Shown here piece after piece: positions 9,236 through 17,299 of a stretch of 28,239 nucleotides of DNA. The notes beneath the pieces are model-generated. The model did not search any database. It was not told where the DNA came from and saw nothing but the letters and a program-made list of their open reading frames with translations. The DNA comes from a virus (Duplodnaviria; Caudoviricetes), in the IMG/VR virus record IMGVR_UViG_3300012942_000112, positions 1 through 28,239 of that record; one strand, written 5' to 3'. The position numbers were made by a program, and so were the translations under genes. Position 1 is the first letter of the stretch. Each line of letters begins with the position of its first letter.

Positions 9236-11059
9236 ATGGCTTCCTCGAGCGCTACCATCCAACTCCTCCTCGACCTCCAAGACAATATCTCCGCGGGGCT
9301 CAAGACCGCGTCCGACAATGTGGCCGGATTCGGGAAGAAGGTCGAGGACCTAAAGCCGGCATTCGAGGATATGGCGAAAGTGGGCGCCATCGGCTTCGCG
9401 GCCGTCGGTGCGGCCATCTACACCTCCATCGATGCGTATAACGACCAAGAGGCCGCGGTCGCACAACTCGGCGCGGTCCTCAAATCGACCGGCGGGCAAG
9501 CCGGCATCACGGCGCAAGCGGCGCTCGACCTCTCCTCCGCGCTCCAAAAGACCACGACCTACGCGGACGAGACGATTCTCGGCGGCGAGAATCTCCTCCT
9601 CACCTTCACGAACATCGGGAAGGATGTATTCCCGCAAGCGACCCAAACGATGCTCGACATGAGCGCGGCGCTCGGGCAGGACCTCAAGAGCTCGGCCGTA
9701 CAGCTCGGCAAGGCGCTCAACGACCCGGTCGTCGGCATCACCGCGCTCCAACGAGTCGGCGTTTCCTTCACGCAATCGCAGAAGGACATGATACAAAGCA
9801 TGGTCGACGCCGGGAAAACGGAGGAAGCGCAAAAGCTCATCCTCGCCGAGCTCACCAAGGAATTCGGCGGGTCCGCCGCGGCCGCCGCGGGCACCTTCGC
9901 CGGCAAGGTCGAACAGCTCAAAAACTCGCTCAACGATATGCAGGAGAGCGTGGGCGGCGCGCTCATCTCCATCCTTACGGACATGGCGAAGAAAATCCAA
10001 CCCATCGTCGAGGCGATGGTGAATTGGGTGAATGAGCATCCGAAGCTCACCGCCGCGATACTCCTCATCACGGCCGGAATTTTCGGCCTCATCGCCGTCA
10101 TCGGCACGCTCGGGCTCCTTCTCGTGGGCCTCGTCGGATTCTTCACCTCGGTCGGGACCATCGCCGCGGCGGTCGGCGGCGTGCTCGGGCTCATTTCCCT
10201 CCCGATGCTCGCCATTGTGGCGGCCATCGCTCTCGTCATCGCGGCCGGCGTGCTCCTCTATCAGCATTGGGCGCAAGTGAGCGCATTCGCGACCGAGGTA
10301 TGGAACGGAATCGTCGCGACCATCACCGGCGCCATGAATGCGGTCGTCTCATTCCTCTCGGCCGTATGGGAAACGATAGAGCAAATCTTCTTCACCGCGG
10401 TCGACCTCCTCATCGGCTCGTGGGCGACGCTCCTCGACTTCTTCTTCCCCGGATGGGAGGCCGCGCTCTCGAGCGTATACCAAGCGACGCTCCAAATTTT
10501 CGGGCTCATCGGCGCATTCATCACCTCGACGCTCGCATCGCTCGGTGCCGGCATCCAAAGCGCCCTCGACCTCATCACCGGGGCATGGAATACGGCGTGG
10601 TCCGCGGTGGCGGACGCCTTCTCGACCATTTGGGAGGGCATCAAAGGGGTCGCGCAAAGCGCTTTCGACTACATCTCGAGCGGCGTGAATTCGGTCCTCT
10701 CTCCCTTGCAGAAGGTCATCGACATCGCGAATAAGGCATACGACGCCGCAAAGCGCGCCATCGACCTCATCGGCTCGGGTGTGAAGTCCGTCATCTCGAA
10801 GGGAGCGAGCATCACGGGGCACGCGACGGGCGGCCCGGTGCTTCGCGGCACGCCGTATATCGTCGGCGAGCATGGCCCGGAGATGTTCGTGCCGGGCGGC
10901 TCGGGCTCAATCATCCCGAATCGTATGCTCGGAGCCGCGGCGGTCGGTGGCGGCACCATCAATATCTCTCTCGCCGGCGGGCAATTCCTCGACCGCGACG
11001 CGGCGCGCAAATTCGGCGCGGAGCTCGTGCGCTACCTAAAGGACAACCGCCTCGTCTAG
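9236..11059 (+). CDS. Tail tape measure protein (607 aa)
   Basis: Ala/Gly-rich helical, AVQLGKALNDP motif, periodic W/F repeats, C-terminal HATGGPV...VGEHGPEMFVP. Confidence 0.93.
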   Translation: MASSSATIQLLLDLQDNISAGLKTASDNVAGFGKKVEDLKPAFEDMAKVGAIGFAAVGAAIYTSIDAYNDQEAAVAQLGAVLKSTGGQAGITAQAALDLSSALQKTTTYADETILGGENLLLTFTNIGKDVFPQATQTMLDMSAALGQDLKSSAVQLGKALNDPVVGITALQRVGVSFTQSQKDMIQSMVDAGKTEEAQKLILAELTKEFGGSAAAAAGTFAGKVEQLKNSLNDMQESVGGALISILTDMAKKIQPIVEAMVNWVNEHPKLTAAILLITAGIFGLIAVIGTLGLLLVGLVGFFTSVGTIAAAVGGVLGLISLPMLAIVAAIALVIAAGVLLYQHWAQVSAFATEVWNGIVATITGAMNAVVSFLSAVWETIEQIFFTAVDLLIGSWATLLDFFFPGWEAALSSVYQATLQIFGLIGAFITSTLASLGAGIQSALDLITGAWNTAWSAVADAFSTIWEGIKGVAQSAFDYISSGVNSVLSPLQKVIDIANKAYDAAKRAIDLIGSGVKSVISKGASITGHATGGPVLRGTPYIVGEHGPEMFVPGGSGSIIPNRMLGAAAVGGGTINISLAGGQFLDRDAARKFGAELVRYLKDNRLV

Positions 11060-11063
11060 CCCT

Positions 11064-12515
11064 ATGAGCGTCGCCATCAAAATCAAAAAGGCGAGCGACC
11101 CGGACTTCGTCGACCGCACGGACCAGATTGCCGATTTTTCGCTCACGCTCGGCACGACCAAGGAGGCGTCGACCGCGACGCTCTCGATTCAGCATTTCGC
11201 CGACAAGTACGCGCCGGATGGCGAGGACCTCGTGCAGATTTTCGACGGAGCGACCAAGGTATTCGCCGGCGCCATCGCGCGCATCGTGCAACAGGCACAG
11301 CAGGGCCCCGTCATCGTGTACGATTGCGACCTCAAGGACCTCTCCTACTTCCTCGACTCGAAGCTCGTGAATGTGGCCTATACCGGCGACACCGCGCACG
11401 ACATCATTCTCGATATCGTCGAGAATTTCGCCGGCGAGGGCTTCACGACGGACCATATCGAGGACGATGCGAGCGACACCATCGACTCCATCACCTTCGA
11501 CAATGTGGCCGTGAGCGATGCGATTCAGCAAATCGCGGACCTTTTCGGCAAGGATTGGTATGTGGATGTCGACCAAGATATTCATTTCTTCTCGAAATTC
11601 TCGGAGGTGGCGCCCTTCTCCATCACCGACACCAACGGGAAGGCCGATTTCGAGAGCATCAAAATCACCAAGGACTTCACGCAGATTCGCAATTCCATCC
11701 TCGTCGAGGCCGGAAACGAGCTCTCGACCGCGGAGGAGTATGACACTTTCGTCGGCGACGGCTCGCAAAACAACTTCGCGCTCTCCCGGCAATATAGCGA
11801 CATCGCCATCACGCTCAACGGCACGCCGCTCTCGGTCGGCATCGCGAATATCGACACCTTCGCATCGAAGGATGTGCTCTACGACTTCAACCTCCGCGCC
11901 ATCTATTTCAATCCCGCGAGCCCGCCCGACGACGGGGACATCATCGTCGCCGGCGGCAAATACTATTTCCCCATCAATGTGCGCTTCCGCGAGGGCACGA
12001 GCATCGCTCTCTATGGCGAGCGCCAATTCCTCATCCAAGACCAGAGCATCGCGAGCCGCGCGGACGCAATCTCCCGCGCGAAAGCGGAGGTCCTCGCATA
12101 CGCCCGGAGCGCGAACGAAGGCGGCTTCGATACCTACGAATCGGGCCTCATGGCGGGGCAGAAAATCACGATAAATTCCGCGCTCCGGGGCATCAATGAA
12201 TCCTTCGTCATCCAACGCCTCACCGGCCGAAAGCATACGCCCGACAAGATAGCGTGGAGCGCCGAGCTCGTTTCCGTGAAGACCTACGAGCTCATCGACC
12301 TTCTCGCCGACATCATCCGCGGCCGAAAGGCGCCGAGCACGCAAGATTCGGTCATCGGAGTCGCGGAGAGCATCACTCGCACGCTCGAGGTCGACCGCGA
12401 TTTCCTCACCTATACGAATTCCCCGCCGACATGGGTGGCCGGTCCGTGGCCTCCCGTCTCGTTATCCGACCGAAGGCGCGTCGCTTTCGCGGATAGGACT
12501 TGCATCATTGTATAA
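11064..12515 (+). CDS. Tail tip/baseplate hub-like protein
   Basis: 483 aa after the TMP; WYVDVDQDIHF, IRNSILV, SIALYGER motifs resemble hub proteins. Confidence 0.7.
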   Translation: MSVAIKIKKASDPDFVDRTDQIADFSLTLGTTKEASTATLSIQHFADKYAPDGEDLVQIFDGATKVFAGAIARIVQQAQQGPVIVYDCDLKDLSYFLDSKLVNVAYTGDTAHDIILDIVENFAGEGFTTDHIEDDASDTIDSITFDNVAVSDAIQQIADLFGKDWYVDVDQDIHFFSKFSEVAPFSITDTNGKADFESIKITKDFTQIRNSILVEAGNELSTAEEYDTFVGDGSQNNFALSRQYSDIAITLNGTPLSVGIANIDTFASKDVLYDFNLRAIYFNPASPPDDGDIIVAGGKYYFPINVRFREGTSIALYGERQFLIQDQSIASRADAISRAKAEVLAYARSANEGGFDTYESGLMAGQKITINSALRGINESFVIQRLTGRKHTPDKIAWSAELVSVKTYELIDLLADIIRGRKAPSTQDSVIGVAESITRTLEVDRDFLTYTNSPPTWVAGPWPPVSLSDRRRVAFADRTCIIV

Positions 12516-12522
12516 TCGAGCT

Positions 12523-13119
12523 ATGGAATCGACGCTTCACCTCAAGCCGCACGAGAAAAAGCTCCGCCATGTCATCGGAATCGCTCGCTCCTACGACCAT
12601 GCGGCGCTTCTCCGCTTCCTCGAGGAGAAGGGAATGGAGCTCGAGCAATTCGTCAAGGGCTTCAATTTCCGCACCCGAGCCGCTTTCCTCGCCGGTGCGC
12701 CCGCCGGCGTGGTCGCGCAAGAGCTCGCATTCGAGAACATCACGCCGGCCATCGGCTTCGAGGCCATCACCAAGGCGCTTTCCGGGAACATTTCGGACCC
12801 GGAGGAGCTCGAGGTGATGGTATTCGCGCTCGGGACCGGGACCACGCCCGCCGCGGATAGCGACACGACGCTCGAGACGGAGGGATTCCGCAAGCTCCTC
12901 TCCTCCGTTTCCTACAGCGGCGCGAGCGCCTTCTATACCGCATTCATCGACCTCGCCGAGGCCGTGGGCTCGTGGACCGAGATGGGCCTTTTTATGAATG
13001 CGGACGCGGGCACGCCGGACGACGGCACGCTTTGGGACCGCACCCTCGAATCTATCACCAAGACGAATTCGCAGTCGCTCACCATAGACTACGAGGACGA
13101 TTTCCAAAATGCACCCTAA
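12523..13119 (+). CDS. Minor tail protein
   Basis: ALGTGTTPAADSDTTLETE...WTEMGLF...ITKT pattern of tail fibre-attachment domains. ATG 12523 preferred over TTG 12508. Confidence 0.65.
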   Translation: MESTLHLKPHEKKLRHVIGIARSYDHAALLRFLEEKGMELEQFVKGFNFRTRAAFLAGAPAGVVAQELAFENITPAIGFEAITKALSGNISDPEELEVMVFALGTGTTPAADSDTTLETEGFRKLLSSVSYSGASAFYTAFIDLAEAVGSWTEMGLFMNADAGTPDDGTLWDRTLESITKTNSQSLTIDYEDDFQNAP

Positions 13120-13125
13120 AACGCC

Positions 13126-14442
13126 ATGACTAAAATTTGGAATGCCGGAGATGAAATAACGCACGACGACCTGAACGAGACGGGTATGGGCCTCCATGCG
13201 CGGCCGCAGGATACGCCGAATCTCACGCTCAAGATTGGCCCGGGGGTCGCTGTCATCAACGGCTCGGTCGTGAAGTATGCCGGCGGCAATTCGCCTTCCT
13301 TCACCGCGCCGAGCTCGAATCCCCGCATCGACCTCCTCACGCTCGACTCGAGCGGCACCATCGCGCGCACCGCGGGCACCGAAGCCGGGTCGCCGGCAGC
13401 GCCGGCGTATCCCGTCGATAAAATCGTCATTTGCGAGGTGTACAACAAGGTCGGGCAGACGCAGATTTTCCGCGACGACCAGGGCAGCGGGAAGGGCTAT
13501 ATCCTCCGCGACTCGCGCGCGTTCGTCCTCGGCGCCACGGCCATCGACCACTCGACCGGCTCATCAGATGCCGGGAAGCAGATAAAGACCGATGCGAATG
13601 GCCTCCTCGATTCGACCTTCCTCCCCGCGGTATCGGGCGACCGCTCCTATTCTTTCCTCGCCGGCGCCGCCATCACCGCCGGGCAGCCCGTCTATATGAG
13701 GACCACGGCCGGGTCGACGACGAATACGCAGCAGCAGCAGACCGATGTGAGCGGCGCTTCGCTCGACCCGCAAACGGCGACCGCGCAGAGCATCAAAGCA
13801 CCGAACCGAATTTCGGCATTGAAGGGCGTGAAAATTTGGTGCTCTAAAACCTACCCGACGACCGGCGGCAACATCAAGGTCGCCATTCAGGCGGATTCTG
13901 CTGGTAGCCCGTCCGGCTCCGACCTCGTTTCCAAGACGCTATCGAATGACACGCTTTCGCAAACTCCCGGCTTCGTCGAATTCGATTTTGCCTCGCCCTA
14001 CGCGCTCACGCCGAACACGACCTATTGGATAGTCGTCTCGGACGATTCGGGCCCGGGATATGTTTATATTTATGGCTCGACGACGAGCGTGTACGCCGAC
14101 GGCACCATGAAGCGGAATTCTTCGGGATGGGTGGACCAGAATCGCGATATGGCCTTTCAGCTCATCGAGGTACCGCCGCCCGGTTCCATCGAACCTACCT
14201 CCGCATCGGCATCCGGGACCTGCGCGACCTTCGTGGGTTTCGCGAAGGGTGCGGCAAGTGCATTTCAGTCGGTCGCTGTTCAGGTTGGCGGCATCATCGC
14301 GAGCCTCTCGGGGCTTTCCCCGGGAAATATCTACTACGCCGCGAATACCGCCGGGGCTATAGCGACCTCGGCAGGAACGACGACCAAGAAGGTCGGCCTC
14401 GCACTCTCCGCGACGGAGATGCTCATTACGCCGAACATATAG
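13126..14442 (+). CDS. Tail fibre/receptor-binding protein
   Basis: N-terminal PRIDLL structural motif; central beta-sandwich (IQADSAGSPSG...FDFASPYALTPNTTYWIVV); C-terminal GLSPGNIYY...KVGLALSATE. Confidence 0.7.
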   Translation: MTKIWNAGDEITHDDLNETGMGLHARPQDTPNLTLKIGPGVAVINGSVVKYAGGNSPSFTAPSSNPRIDLLTLDSSGTIARTAGTEAGSPAAPAYPVDKIVICEVYNKVGQTQIFRDDQGSGKGYILRDSRAFVLGATAIDHSTGSSDAGKQIKTDANGLLDSTFLPAVSGDRSYSFLAGAAITAGQPVYMRTTAGSTTNTQQQQTDVSGASLDPQTATAQSIKAPNRISALKGVKIWCSKTYPTTGGNIKVAIQADSAGSPSGSDLVSKTLSNDTLSQTPGFVEFDFASPYALTPNTTYWIVVSDDSGPGYVYIYGSTTSVYADGTMKRNSSGWVDQNRDMAFQLIEVPPPGSIEPTSASASGTCATFVGFAKGAASAFQSVAVQVGGIIASLSGLSPGNIYYAANTAGAIATSAGTTTKKVGLALSATEMLITPNI

Positions 14443-14473
14443 AAATTCACGAAGCCTAAATCCCCGGAATGCT

Positions 14474-14800
14474 ATGGAAGAACGAGTGAACACCACCGAC
14501 CACGACCTCCTCATCAGGACCGACGCGAAAGTCGACGGGCTCACCGGCCGCATCTCCGAGCTCGGCGCCGACCTCAAGGAAATCTACGGCCTCATGCGGG
14601 GCTTCGGCGAGAGCATCGACGCCAAGATTCAGGCAGCCGTCGCGCACAAGCTCGACCGCTCGGAATTCGACGAGACGAAGAAGACGGCGGAGAAGCTCCA
14701 TCAGGACCACGAGCGCCGCATCCGCTTTATCGAGCGCTCCGTGTGGATAGGCATGGGCGCCCTCGCGCTGCTCCAAATCATCCTCAAGGTCGCGGGCTAG
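14474..14800 (+). CDS. Coiled-coil protein with C-terminal TM helix (lysis-associated)
   Basis: DHERRIRFIE followed by hydrophobic WIGMGALALLQIIL; precedes the lysin. Confidence 0.65.
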   Translation: MEERVNTTDHDLLIRTDAKVDGLTGRISELGADLKEIYGLMRGFGESIDAKIQAAVAHKLDRSEFDETKKTAEKLHQDHERRIRFIERSVWIGMGALALLQIILKVAG

Positions 14801-14850
14801 CTATCCCCCGCGTGCGAATGAGCGCCCCGTGAAGGGGCTATAATGGGCGC

Positions 14851-15933
14851 ATGGACGAAACCGCCCGCGAGCTCGGGACCTTCCACCTCGGCGCGAACCT
14901 CGACACGCGCCCGCCTGAACAGGCGGCGGTCGAGGATGTGAAGGCCGACGAGACGATAGCATCGGCCGCTGCGGTCGATTGGAAAGAGGTGGACCCGGAC
15001 GATATCCGCACCTTCGGCGTGCAGGACCAGAGCGGCAAGAGCGATTGCGTCGCGGAGACGCGCCGGAAGGTGCGCCGGGTGCTCCTCAATGTCAACAAGG
15101 GCGTGGACCTCGATTTCTCCTCGGTCCCGTTCTACCGCAAGCGCGTGAATTTCCCGGGCGAGGGCATGATAGCGGCCGACGCCATACAGCTCGACCAGAA
15201 TGTCGGCATGACGCTCGACAAGCTCGTCCCGAGCGACTCCTTCACGACCGAGGCCGCGGCGAACGCCGTGCAGTATGACTCTTTCAATGACGACCTCGCC
15301 AAGATTTTCGCCTACGGCCCGAACACCGATGTCATCTTCGCGAACGGCGACCTCGAGACGCTCGCCGGCACCATTCAGAAGACCCGGAAGGCGGCGATGG
15401 TGTGGTTCTTCGCGACCATCGCGGAGTGGTCGAAGCTCGTGCCGACCATCGACACCGCGCTCACCGGCCCGAGCGACCCGCGCGCCGTCGTCGTCCATTC
15501 GGTGAGCGCCATCGAGCCGGCGCTCTATAAGGGGAAGAAGGGCGTGTGGATTGATGACTCCGCGCATTTCGGCGGCCTCTCGCGCCGCTTCATCACGGAG
15601 GACTTTTACAAGGCGCGCAACTGGTTCGCCTCCTACCCCATCGCTTTCAAGTTCGAGGCCGGCGCGCAGGAGCGGCCGCACCACACTTTCAGCAAGGACC
15701 TCGAATTCTCCGCGACCTTCTTCACGGACACCGATGTCGTCGCGCTCCAAGACATCCTGAAATTCGAGGGCTTCTTCCCGACCAACACCGATTCGACCGG
15801 CTACTTCGGCGCGCTCACGCTCGCCGCGGTCAAGAAGTTTCAGGACGCGCACGCCATCGCCGGCGCGACCGGCACCGGCTACGGCCGCGTGGGCCCGAAC
15901 ACTCGCGCTTACCTGAACGCCCATTATTCCTAG
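14851..15933 (+). CDS. Putative endolysin: papain-like Cys peptidase plus peptidoglycan-binding domain
   Basis: QSGKSDC (Q-x5-C), VVHSV, WIDDS; C-terminal DVVALQDIL...TGYFGALTLAAVKKFQ...GRVGPNTRAYLN. Confidence 0.8.
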   Translation: MDETARELGTFHLGANLDTRPPEQAAVEDVKADETIASAAAVDWKEVDPDDIRTFGVQDQSGKSDCVAETRRKVRRVLLNVNKGVDLDFSSVPFYRKRVNFPGEGMIAADAIQLDQNVGMTLDKLVPSDSFTTEAAANAVQYDSFNDDLAKIFAYGPNTDVIFANGDLETLAGTIQKTRKAAMVWFFATIAEWSKLVPTIDTALTGPSDPRAVVVHSVSAIEPALYKGKKGVWIDDSAHFGGLSRRFITEDFYKARNWFASYPIAFKFEAGAQERPHHTFSKDLEFSATFFTDTDVVALQDILKFEGFFPTNTDSTGYFGALTLAAVKKFQDAHAIAGATGTGYGRVGPNTRAYLNAHYS

Positions 15934-15943
15934 ACCCCTCGCC

Positions 15944-16210
15944 ATGACCCCCAACACCTCGCCCAAGTTCACCATCAACGGCACCGACATTTGGAAGACG
16001 ATTCGCGGCGCCCTCATCACGCTCGCCGCGGCAGCCCTCACCGGCATCGTCGCCTTCGTCGCCGCGCACTATCAGGCGTGGAGCTATCAGGTGTGCGCGC
16101 CGGTCGTCGGGTGCTTCGACTCGGCGTTCATCGCCATCCCGGTCATCGGCGCCGGCCTCGAGCTCGTCCGCCGGTGGCTCACCGACCACACCTCTACGCC
16201 TTCGGCGTAG
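15944..16210 (+). CDS. Putative holin
   Basis: 88 aa, two hydrophobic segments, directly after the lysin. Confidence 0.65.
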   Translation: MTPNTSPKFTINGTDIWKTIRGALITLAAAALTGIVAFVAAHYQAWSYQVCAPVVGCFDSAFIAIPVIGAGLELVRRWLTDHTSTPSA

Positions 16211-16238
16211 CGGCGCGCGCCGGGCGCTCCCGGTCCCT

Positions 16239-16679
16239 ATGAATACTCGAGAACGCATCATCGCAGCCGTCGCATCCTTCCTCCTCATCCTCGGCTTCTT
16301 CATGCTCATCGCGCCCGCGGTCCGTTCCGTGTCGGCGCCCGTCGGCGAAATCGGGACCGCGACCTCGACCGGCCCGACGCTCTCGCACGCGCAGGAGGTA
16401 TGGAAGGGCGCCCTCGAGTGGTGCGAGTCGCAGGGCGTCGTCTCGGCCGTGAATCCGAAGGACCGGGACAACACGCCGAGCTATGGCGGCTTCCAATTCA
16501 AGCCGGAGACGCTCGACTATTTCGCCGGCATCTACGGCATCGCGACCTCGAGCGACGGCGTCATGAGCTACCCGGTGCAGAGCGCCGTGGTCGACGCCAT
16601 GATTCTCGACCGCGGGAGCATCGATTGGGCGCACCAATTCCCGGTGTGCGTTTCTCGGCTCGGCGCGCCGCCGGCATAG
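16239..16679 (+). CDS. Membrane-anchored lysozyme-like/lytic transglycosylase
   Basis: N-terminal TM; CESQG (catalytic Glu), AVN, SYGGFQF motifs. Confidence 0.75.
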   Translation: MNTRERIIAAVASFLLILGFFMLIAPAVRSVSAPVGEIGTATSTGPTLSHAQEVWKGALEWCESQGVVSAVNPKDRDNTPSYGGFQFKPETLDYFAGIYGIATSSDGVMSYPVQSAVVDAMILDRGSIDWAHQFPVCVSRLGAPPA

Positions 16680-16713
16680 CCCTCCCCTTCCCTATCGCAC
16701 AGGTCCCCCGAAA

Positions 16714-16735
16714 CCCCTTCCCCAAGGGGCTTTTT
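16714..16735 (+). terminator. Intrinsic terminator of late/lysis operon
   Basis: CCCCTT-CCCC-AAGGGG followed by CTTTTT. Confidence 0.65.
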
Positions 16736-16793
16736 GCGCTTTCGGTGGGGTAGGGAAGTGGGGGAGTGGTCCCCCGCCCTATCTCGGCAGGAC

Positions 16794-16830
16794 AAGAAAA
16801 AGACCCCGCCGCGAGTATGGTGCGACGGGG
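16794..16830 (-). terminator. Intrinsic terminator, minus strand
   Basis: CCCCGUCGC-9 nt-GCGGCGGGG-UCUUUUUCUU; the U-G wobble works only on the minus strand. Confidence 0.8.
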
Positions 16831-16931
16831 AGATATGGAATCACCTCCTTTCGGAAAGTGGTGAGGGAGCGGAGGCCGGCGATGTGTGCCGCATGGGACC
16901 TAGTCCGGCGGCCGGATGGCGCGCTCCCTCT
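16794..16931 (-). ncRNA. Candidate small RNA carrying a complement of the 16S rRNA 3' end
   Basis: Minus-strand TATGAT (16944-16939); 5' stem GAGGGAGCG/CGCUCCCUC; GAAAGGAGGUGAU; 9-bp terminator with U tract; no canonical start codon after the SD. Confidence 0.65.
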
Positions 16932-17001
16932 AGGACCCATCATACCGCCAACCGCCGCGGTCCCCGACTTTTCCACACCCGGCTCCTTGTGCGCGATACT
17001 A

Positions 17002-17012
17002 TGCGCTATACT
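17002..17012 (+). promoter_or_regulatory. Promoter -10 (TGCGC-TATACT) of recombination operon
   Basis: The same motif recurs at 23032, 24984 and 26866. Confidence 0.65.
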
Positions 17013-17060
17013 AGCAATAGGTCGATATTACCATCATCGTAAACGCACCAAATTCCGCTT

Positions 17061-17252
17061 ATGGAAAAATTCATTCTCGCCATCTTCAACGCCTTCAATG
17101 GCCCGGTGGTCGTCGGCTCGGTCCTCTCGTATGAGGATGCACCGACAGGAGAGCGCGTCGTCCGCTTCCGCGGCACCGACCGCAAGACCTATATCGCGCC
17201 GCTCGCCGAGCTCGTGCTCCGCGAAGCCGTGATGCTCCCGGTCCGCTCGTAG
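17061..17252 (+). CDS. Hypothetical protein (63 aa)
   Basis: First ORF after the promoter, typical codon usage. Confidence 0.6.
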   Translation: MEKFILAIFNAFNGPVVVGSVLSYEDAPTGERVVRFRGTDRKTYIAPLAELVLREAVMLPVRS

Positions 17253-17299
17253 CGCTTTATTCAGCGGCGCGTCGCGCACGCCGCACTAGTCATTCATTC

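Noticed and set aside
13126-14442. Diversity-generating retroelement or invertible tail fibre cassette
   Set aside because: No reverse transcriptase, invertase or duplicated template repeat seen.
16211-16222. Palindrome CGGCGCGCGCCG
   Set aside because: Pure GC, plausible by chance, no second copy noticed.
16836-16852. 16S rRNA gene fragment or assembly chimera
   Set aside because: The match is limited to about 17 nt, flanks are not rRNA-like, and it sits in a coherent promoter-terminator unit.
16779-16976. 65-aa minus-strand ORF over the candidate RNA (type I toxin?)
   Set aside because: It starts upstream of the -10 box, the SD lies inside it, it runs through the terminator and it lacks a TM helix.
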